A stretch of 62,930 nucleotides of DNA, counting the filler. It is 6 parts of 6 records of this genome, joined end to end, with 100 filler letters (N's around TTAATTAATTAA, not from the genome) between each part and the next. Parts side by side here need not be neighbours in the genome. Positions count along the whole stretch, not along the records: positions 8,676 to 15,603 come from SRR2962707_5111; positions 15,704 to 24,511 come from SRR2962707_5113; 4 more parts are not named here. One strand, written 5' to 3'. How positions within the stretch are numbered: position 1 is the stretch's first letter; each line of letters opens with the position of its first letter. The position numbers and the translations under genes are program-made. Under the pieces are notes generated by a model. It did no database searches and was not told the origin of the DNA. It saw only the letters and a list, made by a program, of their open reading frames with translations. Shown in pieces: positions 9,899-19,900 of the stretch.

Positions 9899-11386
9899 TT
9901 AGCGGGTGCTGTCGACGGTCCAGTTCAGGGTCACTTCGCTGTTGGCGGGAACGTCGATCTCCCACGTGATCAGGCCGGGTTGCGGGCGTTCATGTTTGTG
10001 ACTTTCCGAGGTTACCGACCAGTCGCTTGGTACATTTTCACGGATGGTGATGGTTTCTGCGCGTGAACTGGTGTTTTTAATCGTCCATTTCAAATCGGCA
10101 CTGACGTCATCGGGAAGATTTGGTCGGGCTTTGCGCGAGAAAGATGTGACTTCGCGGGTGCCAGACATCTCGCTGGCTTTGCCGATGCGCAATGTGGCAT
10201 CCCGGCCGACCGGGGTCAGGGAAAGATTGTCTTCGGCAAGGAAGCCGGTGTCACCATTCGGTGTTTGGGCAAAAATGCGAACGATGCCGTCTGGCCATGG
10301 GCTTTTGCTATCTTTGCCACCGTCATTGGTGATTTTGATTTCGAGATCCGGGCGAACGAAATCAGGTTTGCCATTTACATCCATGCCATAGGGATTGCTG
10401 AGCCCGTTAAAGATCAAATGGCGGGTAACCGGTAATGTTTGCGCGTCAATCAATGGCAGAATGACCGTATCGCCATCCTTCATGCTTAGACCATCAAACG
10501 GGCCGTAGACATGCAGGTTTTCGAAATTAGCCCGATCAGGTCCGCTGGCGGCCGACCCTGCAGAATCGGCCATTGCTGACATCATCATTTCAGTCCGTGC
10601 AGCCTTGGCCATGGGGGCGTATTGTACGCGGTTCTGATCGCCTGCGATCAGACGCAATTGTGCGCCGTCATATGCACTGCCGGAATGGTTGGTGATCCGT
10701 GCAATGGCGGAAAGGTTCAATTTATTTTCATCACTGTCATAAGCAGCAAGATAAGATGTGCTCCAATCAATTCCACCGAACAGATATGCCATAGAGACAT
10801 GATCAACTGGGGCGCTGGTTGCGATATCTGCATCAATGAACGGTGTCGTGCTGAAACCTTCGGGAAGGTCGGAAATAATGATCTGATCGACCGGTACCTG
10901 TTCAATCCCGGCACCGGTTTGAACCAAGGCAATGTGGGTTACGGCGAGTAGGGTGCCTTCAATCAGGTCATTGTCGTTTCGCCGGATGGTGACCGTTTTA
11001 CCAATCTGGTCTTTCAGCAGGGCTTCGAGTGCGTTGTAGCCATTACTTCTGTTGCGCAAGGATGACCAGACGAGATCACTTTCCTTGGCCGTGCCAATCA
11101 GCAGCGAGTCATCAATCAGGGTGCCTGGCAGTCCCGCAATACGAAGTGTGCTTTGGCCGTCTGGAATGGCAATTGTGCGTTGCTCGGCGATCACGGCAAG
11201 ATTGCCGGGATAGACGGTTAATTGCAGTTTGTTGCGGGCATCCGCCGAGAGCGGGATGACAGGGTTGGCATTGTTGCGATCCTCAACAGAACTTTGCGCG
11301 ACGGCAGTTTCAATGTCCGGTCCGAAAAATACCGCTGTTCCCAACAGTGCTGCCAGTGCAAAACGGTTTCGCAATGCTGCGGTCAT
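9899..11386 (-). CDS. Secreted DUF4139 domain protein
   Basis: Signal peptide, LTVYPGNLAVIAEQR, YLFGGIDWSTSY, ITNHSG..Y..AQLRLIAGD, C-terminal beta-sandwich. Confidence 0.8.
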   Translation of the reverse strand: MTAALRNRFALAALLGTAVFFGPDIETAVAQSSVEDRNNANPVIPLSADARNKLQLTVYPGNLAVIAEQRTIAIPDGQSTLRIAGLPGTLIDDSLLIGTAKESDLVWSSLRNRSNGYNALEALLKDQIGKTVTIRRNDNDLIEGTLLAVTHIALVQTGAGIEQVPVDQIIISDLPEGFSTTPFIDADIATSAPVDHVSMAYLFGGIDWSTSYLAAYDSDENKLNLSAIARITNHSGSAYDGAQLRLIAGDQNRVQYAPMAKAARTEMMMSAMADSAGSAASGPDRANFENLHVYGPFDGLSMKDGDTVILPLIDAQTLPVTRHLIFNGLSNPYGMDVNGKPDFVRPDLEIKITNDGGKDSKSPWPDGIVRIFAQTPNGDTGFLAEDNLSLTPVGRDATLRIGKASEMSGTREVTSFSRKARPNLPDDVSADLKWTIKNTSSRAETITIRENVPSDWSVTSESHKHERPQPGLITWEIDVPANSEVTLNWTVDSTR

Positions 11387-11400
11387 GCCCGATCCCTTAT

Positions 11401-11430
11401 TTGGTTTTTAAAATACGCTGATGCTACTCT
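11401..11430 (+). promoter_or_regulatory. Possible sigma70 promoter for a + strand non-coding transcript
   Basis: TTGGTT-N18-TACTCT with TG extension (TGCTACTCT). Overlaps a possible minus-strand promoter for the DUF4139 gene. Confidence 0.3.
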
Positions 11431-11436
11431 CGCGTG

Positions 11437-11586
11437 AAAAAGTGGCAGGATCAAGGACGTAGCAGGACGATTTCAAGGGAAGGGTTCCGCAGCAGATCGC
11501 ACATAGATGCGGCATGTGTGGACCGAAAGGGATCCACATTCTTTTGCTGTGCCAGTCTCGCGGCGGAAAGCTGAGGAGTTGACCCT
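11437..11586 (+). ncRNA. Candidate GGA-rich structured sRNA (Csr/Rsm-like)
   Basis: Eight GGA motifs on +, including CAGGAUC, CAAGGACGU, CAGGACG and CAAGGGAAG, versus two on the minus strand. Several hairpins with GAAA loops; lies next to fliW. Confidence 0.35.
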
Positions 11587-12070
11587 AGCTTACGACGTGA
11601 TGGTAGGAATAGCCGCCAGCTTCGGGCAGATGATGCTGATAAGCCGACTGGCGCGCCGTATCGATAATAATTGGTGCACGCAGATTGACCGACATAATGA
11701 CATCGCCGTCATCTGGCTTATGCAATGTGACGATCAACAGAACCGCACCATCATTCTTGCCGATGCCGTGAATGTTAAAGGCCTGCTCAAGATGTTCTGG
11801 ATTGATCGTATCGCTGTCAAGATTGTACGGGGCAACGATAAAGGCCAATTCCGGTTCAGTCAGGCATTGCATCAAGATGAAGGCGCTTTGCGCTTCACTG
11901 GGGAAGCTGGCAAGGGCAAAGACATTGTGATCAGGAAAGCCCTTAAGCCCGGCAGGGAAATAGATCGCCTTGTCCCAGGCAAATTCACGTTCGCCAAACA
12001 AGGTCGATAACTTTACGGCGGTCGGGACGGTACCCGCAGCCGGTGGGTTTGAATCTGACGTCGTTACCAT
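11585..12070 (-). CDS. fliW: Flagellar assembly factor / CsrA antagonist FliW
   Basis: TLFGE, IYFPAGLKGFPD, LMQCLTEPELAFIV, SVNLRAPIII..AYQ pattern; RBS CAGGAGGA. Confidence 0.85.
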   Translation of the reverse strand: MVTTSDSNPPAAGTVPTAVKLSTLFGEREFAWDKAIYFPAGLKGFPDHNVFALASFPSEAQSAFILMQCLTEPELAFIVAPYNLDSDTINPEHLEQAFNIHGIGKNDGAVLLIVTLHKPDDGDVIMSVNLRAPIIIDTARQSAYQHHLPEAGGYSYHHVVS

Positions 12071-12174
12071 CGCTTCCTCCTGTTAGATTGCATGGTAGAG
12101 CGTAGTAGCAATTATGGAAAGCATTTTGGATTGGTATGCCCAAATTTCAAGGGTTTGTCAGATTGGTTCGCGCT

Positions 12175-13554
12175 TTATGACCCGTTTTGTGCCTGTTTAT
12201 GGAACAGAACAGCAACCGGTTCGCTAAACCCTTTGACTTGAATGGTTTGTGTTTGTGCATAGCGTGCCAACAATATCGGCGCACTTGCCGGCGTTTCGAG
12301 ATGCATTTTTTGGGCAAATTGTCCGCTCATGACAATATCGCTTTGAAGCTCCCGGGTGGCTTGTTCAAGGCGGGCTGCCAGATTGACACTTGCGCCAATG
12401 ACCGCAGATGTCACCGCCTCGCGTTGGCCGATATCACCGACAACGGCGGGGCCAAAGTTCAGTCCTACCCCGATTTGAAGTGGTGTATCCCCATCGGCAG
12501 GGTCGTGTTCCTGCCATTCGGCGACATGCGCAATGATGGCCTGTGCAGCGCAAAAGGCATTTGCCGCAGGTTGGTCAAGATCGTCAAAGGCAGCAAAACT
12601 GGCCATGACCGCATCACCGATATATTTCTCGACAATGCCGCCATAGGCACCGATTTGCGATGTTGCAATTTGGTGGAAATGATTGAGAAATCGCATGACT
12701 TCTTGTGGGTCGCGTTTTTCGGCAAAGCGCGAAAAGCCGATGATATCAGCAAACAGAATGACACATTCGCGCCGTTCACCAACCCGGATCGGTTCATCAC
12801 GATCCGCAAGCTGATCGGCAAGGGCGGTGGGGAAGTAGCGCGCCAGATTGCCATGAGCACGTTCGGCAGCGGCAAATTGATTGATCAGAACACGCAGGCG
12901 AGAGACCATAACGGCACAGGCAAGTGTGAAGACAATGACGATCACGACCTGTTCGGCCAATGCCGATATATCGACAAATTCCGGCAGGTTATAGGTATCG
13001 ATTGATTCTTGCTGGGTCGGGTTCCATTCATCGCCAAAATGTTGCGAGACAATCACACCCGGTCGGGTCATCAGCCACCAGATTGCGCCACACCATGCGG
13101 CAAACAGCCAAAAACCGAACCACAAGATCAGGCGCGGTGAAAATGTCATGATCACAAGTGCCATCATGATCATGGAAAACACAACGCCACGGTCACGCAC
13201 GACAAAGCCATATAGCCATGCCGGATGGTCAATCAGGGGATTAAGCGGATCGGGAACGACGGAGACATAGACAATCAACCCGGCATCAATCACCGCAAGG
13301 AGATAGATCATCCAGTAGGATTTGTTACCGCGCATCGCGACAAATAGCTGGATGAAAACGCCGGGAATGAACCAGCCAAGAACTTCCAAAAGTGTATAAA
13401 GTTTGCCTGTTGGGGAATCCGGTTTGCTAAACAGCAACAAGATAAAGGCCAGCATGCATATGCGTAAAAACGCAACAACGATCAAGCCGCGTTTTTCTTC
13501 GCGCGCGACAAGGCGGTCAAATAATGAATCCGAAGGTTCAGTTTTTGATGGCAT
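12175..13554 (-). CDS. Membrane-anchored class III adenylate/guanylate cyclase
   Basis: About six TM helices, then LFADIIGFS, EKYIGDAVMA, GVGLNFG, VNLAARLE. Start set at ATG 13554, overlapping the crp-like stop. Confidence 0.88.
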   Translation of the reverse strand: MPSKTEPSDSLFDRLVAREEKRGLIVVAFLRICMLAFILLLFSKPDSPTGKLYTLLEVLGWFIPGVFIQLFVAMRGNKSYWMIYLLAVIDAGLIVYVSVVPDPLNPLIDHPAWLYGFVVRDRGVVFSMIMMALVIMTFSPRLILWFGFWLFAAWCGAIWWLMTRPGVIVSQHFGDEWNPTQQESIDTYNLPEFVDISALAEQVVIVIVFTLACAVMVSRLRVLINQFAAAERAHGNLARYFPTALADQLADRDEPIRVGERRECVILFADIIGFSRFAEKRDPQEVMRFLNHFHQIATSQIGAYGGIVEKYIGDAVMASFAAFDDLDQPAANAFCAAQAIIAHVAEWQEHDPADGDTPLQIGVGLNFGPAVVGDIGQREAVTSAVIGASVNLAARLEQATRELQSDIVMSGQFAQKMHLETPASAPILLARYAQTQTIQVKGFSEPVAVLFHKQAQNGS

Positions 13555-14281
13555 CAGCAAGAAGTTGTTTGAGCCCGTCGCTGTTCTTGATGACCAGACG
13601 ACCGTCACGACGCGTGATCATGTCTTGTTTTTCAAGTTCACGCAGTTTCTTGTTCACTGCTTCGCGGGTGACGCCAAGCATCAAGCCAAGTTCCTGCTGT
13701 GACAGCGGAAGTGCTATGCGAATGCCTTCGGGATCCGGACCGCCATGACGTTCGGCAAGCCAAAGGATGCGTTTGATCAAACGTGCGGTCAGATCAAGGA
13801 AGTTGGCATCTTCCAGAAGATCACTAACCCAACGCAGGCGACGGCACAAAAGGGCGGTGATGTGACGGCGCAGTGGTGCTTCGCGGTCAAAGATTTCAAA
13901 GAAATCATCGCGTGAAATAAACAGGGTCCGCGTGGGGCCAACGGCACGCGCAGTTGCGGTGCGTGGTTCGCCATCAAGCAGGGCGATTTCGCCAAAAACA
14001 GCACCCGGTGCCAGAACGTTCAGGACGATTTCCTTGCCGGTTTCAGAAACCGAAGAAATGCGAATTTTGCCCGCCTCGACCGCATAGAGCCCATCTGCAG
14101 CAGCACCTTTTTCAAACAGCAATTGACCATCTTCAAACCGGCGCACGGTTGCCTGATTTGATAGCTGTTCAAGCAGTTCGGGATCTAGATCCTCAAACAG
14201 GAAGCTGCCGGCTAAAATGCGTGATGCGATTTTTGCGAGCTGTGGGGATGTTGGGCCGTTGACACTGTTCACGGGATTCAC
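13538..14281 (-). CDS. Crp/Fnr family transcriptional regulator
   Basis: cNMP cassette FGEIALLDGEPRTATARA; HTH LSQQELGLMLGVTREAVNKKL. Confidence 0.9.
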   Translation of the reverse strand: MNPVNSVNGPTSPQLAKIASRILAGSFLFEDLDPELLEQLSNQATVRRFEDGQLLFEKGAAADGLYAVEAGKIRISSVSETGKEIVLNVLAPGAVFGEIALLDGEPRTATARAVGPTRTLFISRDDFFEIFDREAPLRRHITALLCRRLRWVSDLLEDANFLDLTARLIKRILWLAERHGGPDPEGIRIALPLSQQELGLMLGVTREAVNKKLRELEKQDMITRRDGRLVIKNSDGLKQLLADAIKN

Positions 14282-14606
14282 TTTGGAAATGGCGTTATTT
14301 CAAGGGTCGAATCGATAAATTTCACAGCTAAAGTAGCACAAATAACCAGATTTACAGCAAGGTGTTTTCGCATCTGCCGTTATCGCGGTTACAGACAAAC
14401 GATGTGGTACTTATTATGGGATTATCGCATTTCACAAGGGGTTTCGGGGATCGCATTTGATCGCGCGGGACCCAATGTTCTTTCCAGAGGCTGGTCTGAC
14501 TTCACTGTCGGTTTTGGGTTTTGGAGCACAAAAACAAAGGGTGCCCATTTTGGTGGGACAGTCCAAAGGCACACAAACTGCTGAATTTGCCAAAAATATA
14601 GAACGT

Positions 14607-14635
14607 TTGACAAAATCTCCTATGTTTTTTAAATT
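14607..14635 (+). promoter_or_regulatory. sigma70 promoter of the TRAP operon
   Basis: TTGACA (14607-14612), 17-nt spacer, TAAATT (14630-14635), about 85 nt before the dctP start. Confidence 0.6.
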
Positions 14636-14721
14636 ATCCTAATTCCGGGCACAGACTGCTCAAGAACAAGAGTGCTTCATGCAACCACGGTCTGCGGAAT
14701 TCGTTCAATCGGGAGGAAGTA

Positions 14722-15603
14722 ATGAAATTGATTTCGAAAGGCGCCTTGTTCGGTGCTGTTTCTATCGCTGCTGCGTCGTTTGGTTTTTCCGCGCAGGCTG
14801 CTGATGTGACCTTGAATTTTGCGCATGTTGATCCGGCAGAGTGGACCACCTCGAAAAAAGGCGCGGCATCGCAGGTCTTTAAAAATATTGTCGAAGCAGA
14901 ATCGGCTGGCCGTATTGAGGTCGCCCTTTTCCCGGCAGGTTCGCTGGGCGGGGAAACCGATCTGCTTCAGAATACGCAGGATGGAACCTTGGCAATGTCC
15001 ATGGTTTCAGGTCCGTTTTCGAAAGTCTGCCCTGAGGCAGCTGTTCTTGATATTCCGTATGTTTTCCCGAACGCCAACGTTGCGTGGAGCGTTCTGGACG
15101 GTGATTTCGGCAAAGAACTTGCCGCACATTGTCAGGAAAAAACCGGCCTGCGTACGCTGGCTTATGGTGAAACCGGTTTCCGTAACTTCACCAACTCCAA
15201 ACGTGCTGTTGCCGAGCCAAAAGACATGGAAGGTCTGAAGATCCGTGTCATGACCGTTCCGCTTTTCGTGGAAATGGTCAAAGCACTTGGTGGCGATCCG
15301 ACGCCTATTCCCTGGCCGGAAGTTCCGACCGCCCTTACCACTGGTACGGTCGATGGTCAGGAAAACCCGATCAGCGTGATCTATGCCAACAAGTTCTATG
15401 AAATGCAGAAATACCTGACCCTTGATCGTCATGTATATGGCACTGATTTCATCGTGATCAACGAGGCAATCTATCAGGGTCTTTCGGATGCTGATCAGGC
15501 ACTTCTGCGCCGTGCAGCAGGAATTGCAGCGAATGTCGGCCGTGCCATTCAGCAGTTCAATTCTGCGGAAGGTGTTGCCAAGCTGGCAGAGGAAGGCATG
15601 GAA
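14722..15603 (+). CDS. dctP: TRAP transporter substrate-binding protein, 3' truncated
   Basis: Signal peptide, FPAGSLG, GFRNFT, GLKIRV, VDGQENP. Confidence 0.92.
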
Positions 15604-15703
15604 NNNNNNNNNNNNNNNNNNNNNNNNNNNNNNNNNNNNNNNNNNNNTTAATTAATTAANNNNNNNNNNNNNNNNNNNNNNNNNNNNNNNNNNNNNNNNN
15701 NNN
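15604..15703. other. Artificial contig linker
   Basis: Same N/TTAATTAATTAA/N spacer. Confidence 0.98.
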
Positions 15704-15728
15704 TTGTTGTTGTTGTTGTTGTTGTTGT
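15704..15728. repeat. (TTG)n microsatellite at contig start
   Basis: Directly visible; typical assembly break point. Confidence 0.9.
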
Positions 15729-16794
15729 GATGGTTTGGGCCGTCCAGATGGTGACTTTGAAAAGTGCCCGCGAGACATTCTCTGGGACTACTTTCTGACA
15801 GTTCCTGTCGTCGGCTGCGTCGCCGTCACTCTCGCCCTGTGTTTCTGGGCCTTCAAGGCGAGTCATTCATTCAAATGGTATCTACTGCCTCACCGACATT
15901 CCCTGAATGTGCACTTCTTTCTTACTCACTTTCGAACGTTCCTCTGCTGGCCAACAGATGCGCAAGGCGGGTTCCCGTCTGAGCTCGACCGAGCAGCTCA
16001 TCATGCTGTGGCACCTGACGAATGGCACATGGTGGAGCTTAGGTTGTGACGTGATGAGTGGCCTCTTTGCAGTGATGCCGCTGCTCAACAACACGTGAGT
16101 CGACGGTTTTTCCTGCTCTTGCCGCCCCTCTCCGGCCATGTGTGCCGACCAATCGCATATTTGCATGGGTTTGTCTGTGTCCCTGGCAGTTACTTGCTCA
16201 TTGACTCAAAACACACCCTGGGGCCAGCTTTCTCGGACCCCCGAGTGAATCTGGATGTCGTATACTTGACCGAGCTTACCGTCCATGTCCCGCTGAGCCT
16301 CTTGGTATTTTACCTCTACGTCAAACAAGACGCTGCACGTCTGGTCATTGAACCATTGCTTGGTGGCGTGCAGATTGTTGGAACTATTGCGTACGTCGAC
16401 AAATGCGTTGTTTTATGCCGCAATCTGTTGAGCACACCTACGCTAGCTCTGGCATGTGCATTTCATCCTTTGGCATTCATAGCTTCTGGTTGTTTTGGTT
16501 GCAGGTACTACCTGCCGGAGGCCATTTCGGGTGGCCATCACTGGCCGTACCAATTTCCGGTGATTTGGAGTCTTGGTGAGCATATCCATTTCGGTCTTGT
16601 GGCTTGGTGTATCGTGACAATGTTGTCGGGCACGATGGTCGGGGAAATAACTTTTTTTGCCGGGTGTTCCCATTGCGTTGGTAGGCATCGGGGCTGGGTT
16701 GGTGTGGATTGCTGTACCACTACTTTTGCTCTGCCGAAGTGTTCAAATGTCGCGGACCTGGGTTGTACCGAGCAACACTGACAAGTCGAAGTGA
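15729..16794 (+). CDS. Spliced eukaryotic EBP/EXPERA-family (sterol isomerase-like) membrane protein, 5' end uncertain
   Basis: Exons <15729-15857, 15958-16094, 16190-16390, 16505-16575, 16685-16794 join in frame: ..LWHLTNG..YLLIDSKH..VYLTELTVHVPLSLLVFYLY..QIVGTIAYY..LVWIAVPLLLLCRS..DKSK*. Introns are 95-114 nt. Confidence 0.78.
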
Positions 16795-16977
16795 TACGTT
16801 GAGTTCATCGCCCTGCCTTTTTGTTGTCAAGCAAGTAGGGCGGTCGTTTGACTGCCTGATGCAACGAATAAGTTTAATTGCTAGCGACGACGAAGTGCTG
16901 GTCGAGTATTCCCAACACCAATTTTCGAACCGCGATTTCGGTCAAAAACCTTGCCACCAACGGCCGTGTTGGGAAAA

Positions 16978-19900
16978 CTAGCGCTGCACACTGTACCCCG
17001 GCCACTGATCCACCAAAACTGAAAGATGGTCAAGGTTGACACTGGATCTTGCAACGGACATCGTTGGTGCGGAGGCCGAAGCAGCTCCCTCCGTGCTGGA
17101 AGTCGTATTGGAGATTTTCAGCGAGGAACGGAGCTGTTGTAAAAAATCGAACGCCTGACTCGCCCATTCATGCAAGCCGGCATTGTCGCGGGGCTGTCCA
17201 GGGACGTTTTCGTCGAGTGGCGGACGCGTGGTACCACTGGCACCTACATCCAATGACGCATCATTGCAAGTTGGAGCGGCACGCTGACTGTGTTTTGCGT
17301 GAGCTTCCCGGGCTTTCCTCGCAACGACCGCGACTTCTGCTGATGATCCAAGCAACACATCGCTGACAAGATTGCGTGGAGACGATGTGGCTCGTCCAGA
17401 TTCTGCTGATGCGGACGTTGCTGATATTTCGGGTATTTCCGAAGGCTCAGTTCTGCTGCTCCCACTGAAATCGGAGCTGCTCGCACTAGTACTTGAATTC
17501 GCCGTGCGAGAAGTCTTTTGCCGACCACTGCTCAATCGGCGCTTCTCTGAAGCGCTCACTTCTACTCCAATGTGCTCAAACAGCACAACTATTTCGAATT
17601 TCATCGCCTGTCAAAAGTACAAGAAGCCAGAATCACAATTCAACGAGAGCGTTTGCGGAGACCCGATGCACCGGACCACCACACGTCAACAAACCAGCTT
17701 CACGGTGGGGAGGTCAGCATTGTATATCTGAGAAAGCAGGTCAACTAGCCCCATCGTCCATGGATTTGGAGGTCGAAATACAACGCTATCGGCAGCGCTC
17801 ACAAGGATGTTTGTCACGAAAGGTACGACGACAACCTGCCATTGCGATAAGAACAATACGGATGAGCAATCGCGCAAGTGCGGCTCCCAGTTCACACCAT
17901 GCAACTGCTGGACGACAAGAATTTAACTCGCCAAGTCTTCGACGCGGCAGTTCTCTAGCAACTGTTTGAGATCCAAATCGTTGTGCCTGCGTGAAATCAA
18001 TCCACCACATGCTTGTACGTCAAACAGCAGTCACTTTTTCCGAATAGAACACAGAGCACAATGCACATTCGACTCACAGCAACGGTCTATTTCGAGCGAG
18101 AGTTAAGAGGCCTATCCACCGTCTACAAGAACCAAACAGCAAACAAGAACTGTAAAACGCATCGGCCAGACCCCAGTGCGCTGATGTGACGCGTGCAAAG
18201 CGGTGATACCTTACCCGCACGCCTTCAAATCATGACGTGTCTGTATTCAGCACAAAAGCATCATGTTTTTAGCCAAACATGCGAATTGCAACCATGCAAA
18301 CAAAACCAAAACTGCCATTTCACACTGACTCGATCATCTGTCAAGATGGACGTTGAGCTGAGCAGTGTCAGAGCGTATTCCACAGACTGCTTCAAGACAA
18401 GCTGGGACCATCTATTCAACACCGCCAATCGGTCACGGAAACACCGAAGCGAATTGGAATTCATAACTGCACAAGGCGAACACCAGTGCTGACACAAAAA
18501 AACTAACTTAGATCGTCTCGGCAGCACGCCAGCTGCTTCAGAAAATCGGTCAAATTCAAGCGTAATTTCGAGAAGTAGCTGCTGAATGGCCTGCAAAACA
18601 GATTGGTGACGTCAATCCCCCGAATTTAGGGGGCAAGGTGCATTTTGCCGGTAAAACACATCGACCACTGCAGGTACCTACCGTGTGAGAACAGTGCGTG
18701 TGCACCATATATCGAGCAAGCCAGTCCATGTCCCACCACTGAATCCTCGTACCCACCGGACTGTCATCTCCAGGGGCTGTGGGTACAGGGTTTGACGAGA
18801 AAACCTATGGCACAAACGTTCACGTTGGTCAACAAGGTCGCTCACGCCGTTCATGCTGCTCATCGGAGAGAAATGGGTGCCCCGCCTCGACCCTCGAACT
18901 GCCGACCGAACATTGATTCACAGACCTGGCGAACTCCGTCAGTCACCAGCAATGACCTTGAGATCATGGCTTCGAGCACCAGTTTGGCTTGCGTGGCCAC
19001 AACACTTGCCTGGTGCATCAACCACCAACAATCCGCAATGAGTCATTCAAGTGTGCAGGATCACATAGCATGCTGAACGGCGGCGGCAAAGCAACAGAAA
19101 CGACAAACCTGTTCGGGGAGGCGAGGCGTTACTACGGAAGGGACTGCATGAGGCAGCAGTTTCTCTGGTCGGTCTCGGGCATCAGAGCTTGAGCTGCGAC
19201 GCCGAGGATCAATTGAGGGTACTGATGCGCTTCCAGCTGGGGTTGACCCCCCGGTTGCACCGGAGCGCGTCATCTGCGTAGCCATTCCGGCAGATGAAGT
19301 GGAATTGGCGGCCACAATTGTCTCTCCTATTGACTGCGCTGACGGTGTGCGCGTAAGGCTCAACGTCTGACCATCATTTATATTTCCAGCAATTGCGCTG
19401 CCGTTGGAATCAGAGCCGCGCACGCCCAGGTCTTGGCTCCCTCTTTGTGTCGCATCGGTATTTGATGGTTGACTTGCCGGGGCACCCACCTCCTTGCTCC
19501 CTTCGCCGTTCGCTGTCCGTGGAGAATGTCTATACCTGTCAATATACGTTATCAAGCACAGCAATAGCCAATAACACACACCAATTGCGAGACAAAAAAA
19601 CCTCGCGGAACTTCAGCAACAGGAATGCGACACATTCGGCAACGAACTCTGTTGAATTGTCCGGCAGAGTTGACGGCGTATCAAGCATATCAGAAACGCT
19701 GTGGGCACCATGGGCCGCGGCTGTATTTTTGGCGTCTGTGGGCGCAGACCACAGCTTTTGTTGCAGCTGAATCAAGTGCCGATGATCACTACCTTCCTCT
19801 TGCGACGAGAAAACGGCACCGAGCACTGTCGAGCCCTGGCGATTGTACAAATACCAATCCAAGAAAGACAACACAGCTCATGCGTTTACACGTGAGCGTG

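Noticed and set aside
11507-13005. Long + strand ORFs 11507-12010 and 12187-13005
   Set aside because: Antisense shadows of fliW and the cyclase, with no recognisable motifs.
16095-16781. 228-aa ORF as a single-exon gene
   Set aside because: It starts at an intron donor and reads through introns; the spliced model explains it better.
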